Source: Antedon mediterranea (taxonomy: Eukaryota; Animalia; Echinodermata). From it: a stretch of DNA of 64,000 nt. The notes under the pieces are model-generated. The model was given only the letters and a program-made list of their open reading frames with translations, did not search any database and was not told the DNA's origin. The DNA is taken from positions 4,645,812 to 4,709,811 of the forward strand of contig NC_092675.1 in NCBI RefSeq assembly GCF_964355755.1, in the 5' to 3' direction. The position numbers were made by a program, and so were the translations under genes. This document shows, piece by piece, positions 27,893 to 49,380 of this stretch (positions are counted from its first letter, which is position 1; the number at the start of each line of letters is the position of its first letter).

Positions 27893-28286
27893 CAGTGGCA
27901 TAATGGCTATGAGCGCTCACTGGATAAACCCATGAGCGCTCACTGGATAAACCCATGAGCGCTCACTGGATAAACCCATGAGCGCTCACTGGATAAACCC
28001 ATGAGCGCTCACTGGATAAACCCATGAGCGCTCACTGGATAAACCCATGAGCGCTCACTGGATAAACCCATGAGCGCTCACTGGATAAACCCATGAGCGA
28101 GCGCTCACTGGATAAACCCATGAGCGAGCGCTCACTGGATAAACCCATGAGCGAGCGCTCACTGGATAAACCCATGAGCAGTACCCAGAGGAAAAAACAG
28201 GCATTAAAATACGTCGAAAAGGCTAAAAGCACCTGAGGCCTCCAGCGTTGGAACCAGGAGCCTCAAGCCTCTGCTTTACGCCACTG
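27893..28286. mobile_element. hAT-like MITE carrying an internal minisatellite
   Basis: TIR cagtggcataa / ttacgccactg; perfect 8-bp TSD actgttat (27885-92, 28287-94). Confidence 0.9.
27909..28179. repeat. Minisatellite: 8 x 23-bp plus 3 x 27-bp units
   Basis: Unit atgagcgctcactggataaaccc at 27909, 27932, 27955, 27978, 28001, 28024, 28047, 28070. A variant with 4 extra bases (atgagcgagcgctcac...) occurs at 28093, 28120, 28147. No spacers. Confidence 0.97.
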
Positions 28287-29312
28287 ACTGTTATAATATT
28301 CACAACAAACTCTTACATTGATAGTTAATAGTTTTATACAAGTATATAGTATATTACTTGTACAATACTTTGCATTATATTTTTGATTATTCCACAGAAA
28401 ATCTTAAATCAATAGTTATATTCATACATTATATATTAAAGCTGTATCTTTTCTTACAAAATTATTTTAGGTTAAAATTGTCATATTATATTTGTAGTTC
28501 AGAATAGAATAGACATTTCTTTAATTTATTTTGTTTAAAAACAACAGATTGTAAACAAGTTGACTGTTTTTAAATGGTGATACTTACTCTATTATTTGAA
28601 ATTGGAGTGATAATCAACTTATAATAAAATTATTAATTATTATTAATTGTTATATTAAAACATATAACCCGTTTTTGTTTTAAAAGATGTTTATATAAGT
28701 GTCTTTCGTACAAGATTACATTATATTTTCATTAACATATTAGTGAAAATTATACAAGAGCTAAGTATTATATGCAAAGTAAATATTATGGTAGGATATT
28801 GGAAAATTTGTTAACATTCGATAACTTCTATTATATAACACCTAAATAAATTCCTGTCATTTGATTGGACGATTGTGGGTCACATGGCGTGCAATAGTAC
28901 GCACTATTAAACGATCGTTTAATTATTTGTACCATTACACTCATAAACATTCATTATTTGTATATCATAACGTACATCCATATCATATATTTGGCAGATT
29001 GACAGTTTATAACATGCCACATGCCCTGTGTCATACACACTACTACCACTTGTTCATTCATTCATCCATTCATTCTGATTATATACAATAAAACAAACCT
29101 CTTCACCAACCATTCACAAAAATATAGCTTCTTCTTTACTTGCATTGTTACTTTTTAATAATATCATGTATAACATGATAAAACACAGCACCAAACAAAA
29201 TTACTAAAAATTAACTTTTTGTATTCTCACAAACTTAACATAAACATTTGATTTATCACTGAAATCATGAAATTAAAATAAAAAACCAACACCAAATCTT
29301 CTGGCGGTGGTT

Positions 29313-38836
<9,524 letters not shown>

Positions 38837-39540
38837 TCCTTTAAAAATATAAAAACAAAATATTATTTCCAATTTATAACAGGCCTACCGACACTCAAAA
38901 GCTAGAGTACCTTGTTTAGAGAGAAGGCAGCTAGAAATAAAATACCGTAATTTAATTGTTCAAAATGACTACAATGCAAGTATACTGTTCACATGACTAT
39001 CTCATGGCTGATGCCTGGTAACACAATGAGTTGGATTAGATGAAATTTACTTTTCAAGGACACCTGAAAGCTCAAATACAGGCATAAATTTTAAATAAAA
39101 TACCTGGTTAATTGTACAAAATAAAATATTTGTAATAGAAATCAATACGAAAAAAAACATGAATTTCCCTTAAAATTTCAACCAAGTGATGCTTGGCCAG
39201 AGAGCTTCCCACTTTTCTTAGGCCAAAATAAATTAATATATTTTTGTGGTTTATATACAGGGCAAAGTGGGTTTAACAAGATGTTTGAACTGAACAATCA
39301 ATATTATAATTTCTATGTGATACTCATTCATTTTCGGTATCATCACCACCATTCATATGTACAGTATCGTCATCATAAAAATTGACTTTCTTCAATGAGA
39401 AAACAAATCAATGCCCCAGTAGTAGGAATAGTACTGTATAATACTATACTTCATATTATTGTAGTTAATTAATAGTTTATAGAGAGCCGGCCAAAGCGAT
39501 ACAGAGAGAAATTGTTGCACCTTTTAATTCGTTTTTATTA

Positions 39541-39868
39541 TGCACTTGTCAATTGTATGACCCACTATACGACCCCCGGGAGAGGTGCGTCATTTGTCCG
39601 ATGTGCGTCATACTTTTGAATACCATGACGCACCCGTACGTCAAAAAGGTGACTTACCTTTAGGTGACCATGACGCACCCATTTTGACGCACTGTGACCA
39701 TGTTGTTTATGATATGGTGGGTGGTAAAGTGACAGACATTGACACACCTTGTTCATTGATGTGACGTACCATCTAGGTTATTTGACGCACCCCTGCGTCA
39801 GTAATTATTTTTAAATGACGCACCCCTCCCTGGGGGTCGTATAGTGGGTCATACAATTGACAAGTGCA
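39541..39868. mobile_element. Harbinger-like MITE with TIRs of about 55 bp
   Basis: tgcacttgtcaattgtatgacccactatacgaccccc... is mirrored at the right end (first 37 nt perfect); TTA TSD at 39538-40 and 39869-71. Confidence 0.9.
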
Positions 39869-40409
39869 TTAGGGCCTAGGCCTACATCCTTTTTATTGTT
39901 ATGTAAGTAAATACTGTAGTACAGTACCTTTGTAAATGCAACATTTTTATTTAGTCATGCAAAAAGTTTTATACCTGAATAAATAAATAAATAAATTATG
40001 AAGGTATGACCTACCTTCCTATTTTATTTAAACAGTAGGCCTAGCTAGGCCCAGGCTATGCCTAATTTGGGGTCAGGATATAATATTATTATTAAAATAA
40101 TGTATTGAATTAATTAGAATAGGCCTAACTAGGGCCTATAGGCTATATATAGCTATGTGTGGAGCTGTAATGAATAGTAAAACTGTACAGGGTCTAGCCT
40201 AACAGTAGCTAGCCTTTTTTGTAAGAATCAACCAACAACACTATCCTACTGTAGCCTCCCTAACCTCCTACCAAGCTAGCCCTGGCCTAATTATTAATAA
40301 AACAATCTATGTCCTTGTCTGGCCTTCCTTCATCTCTCTCTATTGTCACTGTTTGTGCCTGCCTCCTGTTTTAGATTGATGACATACAAAAAAATTAAAC
40401 TTAACTTAC

Positions 40410-40595
40410 TTATTTATCGGCAAACAGAATAACAATGACAGCACTAGAACGAAAATCTGAAAGTATCAAAGCAATGATTCTCGTCACCTGGAAAACATAA
40501 ATGTTGGGATTTATCTGAAAAAATTTTGTTTTTATTGACAAACCATTTAATTCCTAACCTGGCAGCGAAGAAGAAGGCTCAGCATTACGTCACAC
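40410..40595 (-). promoter_or_regulatory. Putative ETNPPL promoter and 5'-UTR exons
   Basis: Minus strand shows tgacgtaa (CRE-like), a pyrimidine run ccttcttcttcg, donor cag|gttagg (about 40558), acceptor ttttccag (about 40488) and donor aa|gtaagt (about 40409). Inferred; there is no transcript evidence. Confidence 0.5.
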
Positions 40596-40612
40596 TCTGT
40601 CGTCGATTACAC

Positions 40613-42722
40613 CAAAGATACTATAGCGCCACGAAGTGGCGCAAGATATGGAAGTCCTATCTCTTATACACTGCGCATGAGTGAAATTCCATGGGCAGCC
40701 ATTCCGGCAAGCAAGTTACGCGATCACATACCCCGGAAGTGTATAATAAACCATTGAACCACATCCACGTGTAATTATTGTTCGGGAAGTTTTCTCGTGT
40801 TGTATTGGGTAAATTGTAGTGGTAAGTTTTTAGAATATATATTTTTTTGTTAGTAAACATTAACAAAATTATTAAATTGTTGTTTAAATTTAGTTCAGGC
40901 AGGCGTTTCTGCGCAATCCGATCTAGGGCTACTAGATAGTAGTAGGCCTAGGCATATTTAATGCCGAATACTAGGCCTAGTTTAGTTAGTATGATTAAAT
41001 AAAAAAAAAGTCTGGGAGGATGAATGATATTGATTGGCGTCTTGATAGATGGATCAAACAAGGCTTGGATGGATGGAAGATTAAGAAAAAAACTGAAGCT
41101 GTTCGGGAATTAGGAGTTTTTAATAAAAATGTACAAGACAATATAGCGTTTTATTAATAATAACATTAACAGAAATAATTAAATGTAATGAAATAAAAAA
41201 TCGTGAGGATGTTATTGTTTGTTTGTTTTATTTAATAAATTTAAATTATAAATTTGATCCTCATATTTATTTTGTTCTTCATCTTTATTTGAAAAATATT
41301 TAGTTAATTAATGTAAACATTTTTGAATACTTACAATATTAATAAATAGTATATTGACTTTTGTTTTGAATTTAAAAATGTATAGTATTTTAAAATACTA
41401 TAATAAGTAATCAAATGATTATGTAACAGTTCGAAAAGTGACCAAATAATTTAATGATATATTTTTCCCTATTTCAGAAAGATATATGTCTGTCATCATA
41501 CTGTAAAATTGAGAAGATAGATGATTGAGTGCAAAGTGGTATTTTACACAAGAATTAAATACAAAGGCCAGAACTGATGGACAATTATATTTTAATAGTA
41601 ATAATAGTTTATATTTTTGATTCTTGAAAAGGAGCAGTATCCTATGGGATTACAAATAAAATCACTATTTTCACACACCTCATACTTTAAAGTGAAAGGA
41701 AATAACCAGAATTCAGTTATTATCAGTACTGTTGTTTAGGCCTATTGGCTTCTTTTGTAATACAAGAAATCAAAATAATAGAATTTTCATTGTATTTAAG
41801 AAGGCTAAAACCATACATTCGTAATTTATTTATTGAGTGTATTTAATTATTCCATCATTATTTATTAATATTGTATAAAGTGAGATTTTTCAGTATTTTT
41901 ATTGCATTTTAATCCTGTCTGTAATATTGAAAGTTGAGCTAATAAAAGTGGGTTGAAAAGAACAAATTATGATTATGAATTTTTAAAATTAATATTTAAT
42001 ACTTTTACTTTTTTGAAATTAAAAAAATGTAACAATTGTTTTTGTATCTAGTAATGTATGTACAGTATACTACAGTTGTGGCAGATCGTAGTAAAATTCC
42101 CCTTGCAATGAAATAACTTTGTAGGCCTGAAGCACACAAAATAGAAAGAGAGGGTCCGAACAGGGGAAAGAACATCCCCCTGCCCATTAATTTTTTTATT
42201 TTTTAAATTAAAAAGACAGTTTTGGACAATATATTTGGCAATTATTACAATTCATCTCCAAAAAATGCTTCTCTCGCACATAAACTAAGCCATCATCCCA
42301 GCCTAGGCCAAACGCGGCCGACCTTGGGCGTGAAGTGCGTAGCATCGCGCTGCGCCCCGCGACACTATTTATAACTATGCCTCAACCGACTGCCTACAAA
42401 ATTCGTCCTCCATACAGTCAGTGTTTATTCTGTAGCCGTTTGAGGTTGGACAGTGATATACGCATATGTAAGTGTAATATCAAATGGAGTAAATTTATAT
42501 AATCGAATTTTATATAGATGTTCTTTCATTTTGACGCGAAAGATAAAATAAAGTCGTACTGTTTATCGCGTACATGTAAATCCTATTTGTTTACATTGAT
42601 TTGGTGGCGTGCCGCATTGCCTACTGGGTAATCCGCTTGCCGGAATGGCTGCCCATGGAATTATCATTTTTCGAGCGTCAGTTCCATATCTTGCGCCACT
42701 ACGTGGCGCTATACGATCTTTG
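40613..42722. mobile_element. 2.1-kb non-autonomous TIR element (P- or hAT-superfamily-like)
   Basis: TIR caaagat..tatagcgccacg.agtggcgcaagatatggaa at both ends, plus inner inverted arm ttccatgggcagccattccggcaagc; perfect 8-bp TSD gattacac (40605-12, 42723-30). No transposase ORF. Confidence 0.88.
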
Positions 42723-43984
42723 GATTACACCACCACCACCACCCCCAAAGAATGGGTAACAATAGAGGGCGCTAGATGGACTATTTATTACACACAGCAA
42801 CTTGTGATTACTCACTATCTGTATATTATTAAGCATTAAGCATATTATATGTATTGCAGAAACCTTTCATATCACTTCATGATCACAGAAAAATGAGCCA
42901 CCTTCAAATCCAAGCATTTTTATAAAGTAATTTGAAATGATTAAAAATGATAATCTTTACTAACTTCCCAGTCCCTTTGCTATTGATTGATTTTTGCTTC
43001 AACAAATTATTATCAGAATTCTATAATTCATTCAAGGAAATAAAAAAATTTAAATACATACAGAAATCAGTACTATTTATTAATAAAATAACTGCACTTT
43101 ATATAACTCATAATATAAAGTTTAACATCACATTCAATGAAAAAATTAATTACAATAAAATATAAACTGGTACTGGTACTGGTTCAAATAACCGTCTCAC
43201 AGAGACATCTGGTAGCCATTGACTTGAAGTTGGCATTTGGATGTGTTACTTTTAAAACACAAAGAATTAACAGCCAAAATGGCCAATTTCTATATAAAAA
43301 CAATAAAAATCTATGCAGTTACTATTATGATCCTAGTGAGAGTGAATTTCATTAATGGCGAGTTCTGTTTGACACAAACGAACATATTTCAAGCAAAATA
43401 AACACATTTGTTATCATAGCTACTGTAGATACAGTCACTATAAAACTCATTTTGACTTAAAGTCTAGATTTTAAACTTTCAATACCTGTACAAACAATAC
43501 CAGCACTAATTCATCTGCTTTATATATATATTCAATACTGACAATTCATGATATCATATAAGAAGTTCTATGTTTAAATCTGAATGCAAAATTAATTAAT
43601 GGTCGATGCAAACTTGTTAATCAAGAGATACATAAAAAATTGCAAAAACTCCATGTGATGTTAAAACTAACAACTAGTACAGATTGGAAATTTCAGTCTA
43701 GAATCTGATACCAGTAATAAACCAAATACTACTTATAAATTGAATATACAGTACTTACTGGTATTAAATTGAATATCTTTGTTTATTAATATAACAACAT
43801 TGTAATCAAGAGGTGGAAGAATTTCCAATTGATTGAAATTGAAACCGTATATTTTATCGCTAAACTTAACTACTCATAATAAAAAGCTGCCAAATCCGTT
43901 CTATACACGCTTAGGTTGATCTGAATCATATCCGGGTTATACCTAATGTAACTGTTTGTGTGACTTTGAAATTTCACAGGTTCA

Positions 43985-44285
43985 TACAGATGTGGCGCAG
44001 TGTGTTGGATGTTGGATTATCGATCGTGAGATCGTGGTTTGAATCCAACTCTTGTTGCTTGTATCCTTATAGGCAAGACACTTTACTTACATTTGCCTCT
44101 CTCCACCCAGGTGTATACAATGGGAACCTGGATAGATCAAGACACAACTTTGCGCGGATTACTAGCAGCATTATTATAGGAGTATGTTTCCATACACGTT
44201 GGATCCAAAAAATGACCGGGGTAATAATTGTGCAGCGCATTGAGAGTTTGCTTAAATGCGCTAAATAAGAATGAACTATTTTTAT
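43985..44285 (+). mobile_element. tRNA-derived CORE-type SINE, copy A
   Basis: A box tggcgcagtgtg, B box ggtttgaatcc, CORE-like ggcaagacactttacttacatttgcctctctccacccaggtgtata, and L2-like tail agcgcattgag...gcgctaaataag. Confidence 0.85.
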
Positions 44286-44482
44286 ATATTTGACAAGCGC
44301 TTATAGAAGAATCTCTAATTCCATATAACTCCAGTAGACTGTAATTCAACTCCAAGAAAAGAAGCATTTCAACTTTCCCATATAAACAGAGTGACGTATT
44401 CTAAGTAGGTTTTACTGTTTTTGGTTTATTCATATTGTTTGTTTAGCACTTGTTTCTGTATTAGAAATTACTTCTTGGTACA

Positions 44483-47400
44483 TTAGTATTTTCCTTCAAA
44501 TGGATTCCCTCCAAGACGATCATAAAAATGTTGTAGAATCTTTCCAACTTGTTCAACTGCCTATAGTATGAATGAGATAAAAATAATTGTTAGGTACCAA
44601 CATGGAAAAATAAAATATCAAAAGCGTGTCCAAACCAGGCGTTACAATTGTTATAATTACTTCCAAATATAAAGGGTGCATTTAAACAAAATGACCTGCA
44701 TCAGCATGTATAAAACAATTTGTATACCAGAGGCCTTTAAATGTGGCATACTAGCCTAAATGGTAAATTTATGAACTATTATGAAGTTTTTTTGTACATC
44801 ATACATACAAATTGGGAGAAATTACACCTATTGTGGGAGATGACAGATTACTCGATAACTATGATTTTGGGAAACTTTTGGTTAAGTTAATGATCAACTG
44901 TTGACCTTTGCACCCAGTGTCATGTCATACTAACCCTGCATGCAAAAGGTCACAAGTTTGAATCCTACCAGAAATGTTTTGATTCAATCAGAATGATATC
45001 ATTTTGATATATATTTGATATATATCTATATGATTAAATGATTCTCGTGCGAAAAGGAAAACTACAGTAATGACAGCAATAAATTGGGTGTTTACTTACC
45101 TGTAAGGTGTTTGTGGTAGCTAGCTTAATCACCACGCCGGGTATCTTTTCATTACCTACTATGTACTCTAATTCACTGATGGCCAATAATACGTTTTCAT
45201 CTAATTTTTCACCTTTTGAATGAAATAAACATGTTGATATTTAATGCATCATATACAAGCTTTTAAATTTGGTCATCACATATTATCGATTAAGACTAAT
45301 ATTTTCTCATTTATAATGATTATGCTAACTACAAACCAATGATTATAAATGAATCATGACTCACTCATGACTCTGTGGCATTATTCCATTTCAAACAAAA
45401 ATCAAGTTTAAAAGAATAATAAACAATTCTCTATTCTAAACTTGACTTCACACAAGTGGACAAAACTAAAAACAGAATGGATAGCAAAAGAAAAACGCAA
45501 AATAAAAGGTAGATAGACAGAGTAATAATAATAATATCCTTGATTTATATAGCACCTAATGTTGTGAAACCTCTAAGCGCTGAACATTATTACCCCGGTC
45601 AAACACATATGGAAACATACTCCCATAATGTAGCTAGTAATCAGCGCAAAGTTGTGTCTTGATCTAACCGAGTACCTATTTATACACCTGGGTGGAGAGA
45701 GGCAAACGTAAGTAAAGTATCTTGCCTAAGGCTGCAAGCAGTGCGGCAGAGTTGGATTCGAACCGCGATCTCACGACGATCAGTAGTTCAACGTCCAACA
45801 CACTGCGCCACACACCCTCAATAAATATTGCAGAAGAGTATAAAGATTCAGAGAATTATTTTAGGATCTAGTTGAAGTAGATTATAGTGTGTGCTCACGT
45901 ACCTAAAGCTTGCCTCTTTCCAAAAACATGTAACAAATGTTGACATTGTTCTATTGTGGATGTACCAATGATAACACATGTAGCGAGTATGTTGTACTGT
46001 CGCAGTGCTTCTTTTGTTGTAACTATCTTTGTTGCATCAAGTAGCAAGCAATCTTTAAAGACAAGCTTATTGTCAATGAAGACCGAGTTACTACTTTTAA
46101 AGCTAGAAAAAGCAAGCAAAACAACAATAAACAAACATTAGTTTAGTATAATATAACATTGTATGTTAACCTAAAATATAAATACAATGATTTCATTGGA
46201 AACATATTTCAATTGTTGACTGCTTAATAGAGAAGATTTTGGGATGGATTGTCTCGACTGTTTGATCAATTAGCCCTTTCATCATCTTAAACGCTAATCG
46301 CGTCTCACTTGTGTTCGCCACTCAGTACATTTTGTAGCAAGCATGTGTATAGGTCCGCATGTAAAAAGTTCTGTTTCCTTTTTAATGTTTTTCATCCATG
46401 TTCTATTTTTGGTCTTAGCCCTTTGCTGTACCTAAAGTAACAGTTGGGGACTATACTCAGATTAAGAAGGGTGTACATACCTGGTAAAATCCCATATTTC
46501 ACCATTTGCCATTCTCCCTGAACTACACCAATCAAGAAGAATAAGTGAAGAATCTTTGGACAGGTGAATAACCTGAGCCAAAGGAGAAAGTATTTATGAG
46601 TACAAATTTGTACTGGATTTATTATTAGAAAATCCTATTCCAAAATGTGGTAAGTTTGTTATTTATTGGCCTCTGATCGACGTTCGTGATCGAATCGTGT
46701 CTTGTGTGTGGGGAAGTACCGTACAGCGCTGACGTTATGTATTTTTAGACTTAGGGCAGCCTACAACTTTCAGTTGTTTATATTTTTGCATGATACTTTA
46801 TTAGATTTGTTTCATTATCGATACTTTAAAATGTATATTATTTAAAGTACTGCATTTATGGTTGGCTAAAACCATGACACGTATATGATGCTTATAGGAT
46901 ATGGTGTATAGAAGTCTATGTAACCTAAATTTTATGAATATTTTGAATTACACAGCAGCAGGTCTGTGCCGTATGTAATAGTGGGGTTTTACTGTACCTG
47001 TGATTGCTTGTAAGCTGCATTTTTAAAACAAACGACTGGATCAGGTAAAATAGCAAGTAGAGCACCTGAACGAACTCTAGCTACTAAACACTGCTCAGTT
47101 ATCAATCCATTTGGACAAATAAACACCTAAAATCAAAATATCAACCAATCAAATTCAATTAAGTGATACGATTTTTTATATTTTCTATTTATTTAGCATT
47201 TAGCAGGAAATGTCAACTTTGGAACTTGATTTTATGAGAGGTTGAGGAGTAAAATGTACACCTACTTATCCCAATAGACTATGGTGGAATGTCTCTAGAA
47301 GTAGTAGTACCAGGGCAATGTTTATTGAACATGATGTCTTTCTTTCTTTAATGAGTACAAAATCTACCTATGGTTTCATGCAACGTATGTTGAATAGTGG

Positions 47401-48327
47401 TAAGATCCTTGTTGCTTGTGTTTGCAAACATTGCTCCATAACTCTAAAATGTATTGGGTTGTAGATGGAGAAGCATTCTATACTTAAGTTTAGAGTTTAC
47501 GATTTTTCTTTTTCTGTTTATAAGTTTATTATTATGGATGATATTTCCTAAATAAAAAGAAATTGAATTGAATTACATCCTAATGAAACAATGATGATTA
47601 TGGTTAAAAATAAATTACAAAAATGGATTACAAACCTTAGTTGATGATTGGGTGGTAATAACCGATGCACATTCTGCACCTATTTCTACGTTACATTGCA
47701 GCTTATCTCCCTCTACTAATCCACCACCAAAACTAATGATGTAAACCCAAACACAATTGTTGGTACTTCCAAACTTTGGAACCAGTAACTTCAGCTAAAC
47801 AAAAATATTTAGTCGCAATTATTAATTTCATGATGTCTTTGTTGCATTGTATTTACAATTGACAGCTTGTACTGACTGTTTGATGTTACTTAGTAGAGAT
47901 GAAACATTGTGGTCCGTTGCAATGATGGGATCTACATCCACCCCTATAAATCGGATAACCTACAGGCTATAATTTTGTTTAAAAACCAAAAAAAAAAAAC
48001 TGCTTTCTACTAGGTAAATTATTTCATATAATTCCTTTAAAATTTATGAAAACTGTGTAAATGTGGTATAACATATTTGTAACAAATTGGAAAGTTTGTG
48101 GATAGAAAAAACTCTGGATTTATACAAATAAGTTTACCTAGTAGAAAATCCTTTGTATGTATCATTACTGGATAAGTATACTGAATAGTCTCTACAACAG
48201 CTTTCTTATTTCCTTGATGATCTACTAAGGCATTCTGGGATTTTGGGATCAATGTAAAATTAGCAGTTCCTTGATACAACATCTTTGCACACATCTCCTC
48301 CTCTTCAAGTTCAATTGTTGTCTCCAT
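44483..48327 (-). CDS. ureD: Urease accessory protein D (eukaryotic UreD/UreH family), 7 coding exons, 309 aa
   Basis: Exons (minus) 48327-48169, 47794-47636, 47126-46998, 46572-46481, 46102-45903, 45212-45100, 44560-44483 (930 nt, all GT-AG, phases consistent). The spliced translation has QYTYPLKLLVP, VWVYIISFGGGLVEGD, VITTQSSTKVF, LLAILPDPVVCFKNAAYKQSQ, SLILLDWCSSGRMANGEIWDF, GVVIKLA and ends LGGNPFEGKY*. These match the conserved blocks of plant and fungal UreD (YPLK, GGG.V.GD, TTQ.STKVY, PDPV.CF, DW..SGR...GE.W.F). Confidence 0.93.
45523..45819 (-). mobile_element. tRNA-derived CORE-type SINE, copy B (same family as 43985-44285, opposite orientation) in ureD intron 5
   Basis: Reverse complement: gtgtggcgcagtgtgttggacgttg...ggttcgaatccaactct...ggcaagatactttacttacgtttgcctctctccacccaggtgtataaat...tcaagacacaactttgcgc...gaccggggtaataat...(tta)n tail. 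Confidence 0.88.
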
Positions 48328-48359
48328 AACTATTGCACAATTATCCTTTAAAAAGAAAC

Positions 48360-49030
48360 CAATATTCTTATTCTTTTATTGCCAAATATAAAATACATGA
48401 AGAACACGAAATACAAAAAAAAACCAATAGAACCAACTGAGTGAGCTGGCATGGGACACAAAAGCGAACCTAATCACTGTGACTTAAAGCCTGTGTTCCG
48501 GCCCACTCACCCAGTTTCACAAGTAATGAATATACCATCTTAAAATATAATATATCAAAATTCCAAAGCTAAGTTTAAATCATAAAATAAAAAATATATA
48601 TAAAAAAGTATATTAAATTATATACATAGGCCCTAGGCCTAATTATTATCGGAGAACAAATTTATTTTAAGTTTAGCAAGGAATGTAGGGAAATAATCCA
48701 ATAGCAGGGTCCAGGGAATCTTTCACTTCATCATTGAGATGTCTTCACACAGTCGCGGGAAGACATGGATAACTGAGCGATGCAAACAGTTAGTCCGTGC
48801 ATACAAATGCTTTGAAACTTAATAAGGTTTCTTGACGTCGAGTATTGACGCATACATTTTCGCGGATACTTTTACAATCAATAGAACCTATTAGTGTTTT
48901 ACATAAAAATGATGTTAAACGATAGCTTCTTCGGCTCGATGGACGGGGCCAATTGAGTTGTTTTAATCTTCTTCTTTACTCCATGGTCAGGTGGCATGGT
49001 ACGGGCCTAGGACCATCTCGAACACTGAAT
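48360..49030 (-). mobile_element. 5'-truncated, degenerate CR1-like LINE fragment
   Basis: The frameshifted minus-strand translation gives RLKQLNWP.IE.RRSYRLTSFLCKTLIGSIDC...ARTNCL...FPRL...FLAKLK, resembling a CR1 ORF2 C-terminus. It is followed by a stem-loop (actgggtgagtgg...ccagctcactcagt), aataaa and an (aagaat)n tail. Confidence 0.65.
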
Positions 49031-49035
49031 CAGAC

Positions 49036-49380
49036 CAAAGAATCAGACCACCAAAGAACTTATAACACAAGAATCTCCTGTTCTTCAATTTGCATTCAAA
49101 ACACAGTATCGGAAGTACAGGGTTAAAAGGTCAAACTGGGCGACGCCATTTCACAGCATGGAGCAGCGCCCCCTCCAAACTAGGAAGTCAATTACTCTAC
49201 CCCCCCGCCTAGAGTATTAGCAGAATCCCCTCTATGATTTTGACTTTCTAATTTGATGCGGGCGCCCTACTCCATGGCTCACAATGGCGCCACCCATAGC
49301 TCTATTCTATCCCACAATGCCTTTCGAAATTGTTACGCGCTTTCGGACGAACAGGAGATTCTTGTATTATAAGTTCTTTG
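49036..49380. mobile_element. P/hAT-like MITE with a duplicated left terminus
   Basis: TIR caaagaacttataa(c/t)acaagaatctcctgtt at 49052 and inverted at 49351-80; atcagac flanks at 49029-35 and 49381-87; extra caaagaatcagaccac segment at 49036-51. Confidence 0.8.

Noticed and set aside
27909-28179. CRISPR-like array (23-27-bp palindromic repeats)
   Set aside because: Units are head-to-tail with no unique spacers, there are no cas genes, the context is eukaryotic, and the array lies inside a TIR/TSD-bounded MITE.
47270-47368. Extra ureD exon after a tag| acceptor in intron 2
   Set aside because: It contains an in-frame stop and has no UreD similarity; the 47636 to 47126 junction already gives the conserved STKVF motif.
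44483-48327. ureD as bacterial contamination or a recent horizontal transfer
   Set aside because: It has six spliceosomal introns, host-like AT content, embedded host SINEs, and eukaryote-type motifs (YPLK, PDPV.CF).
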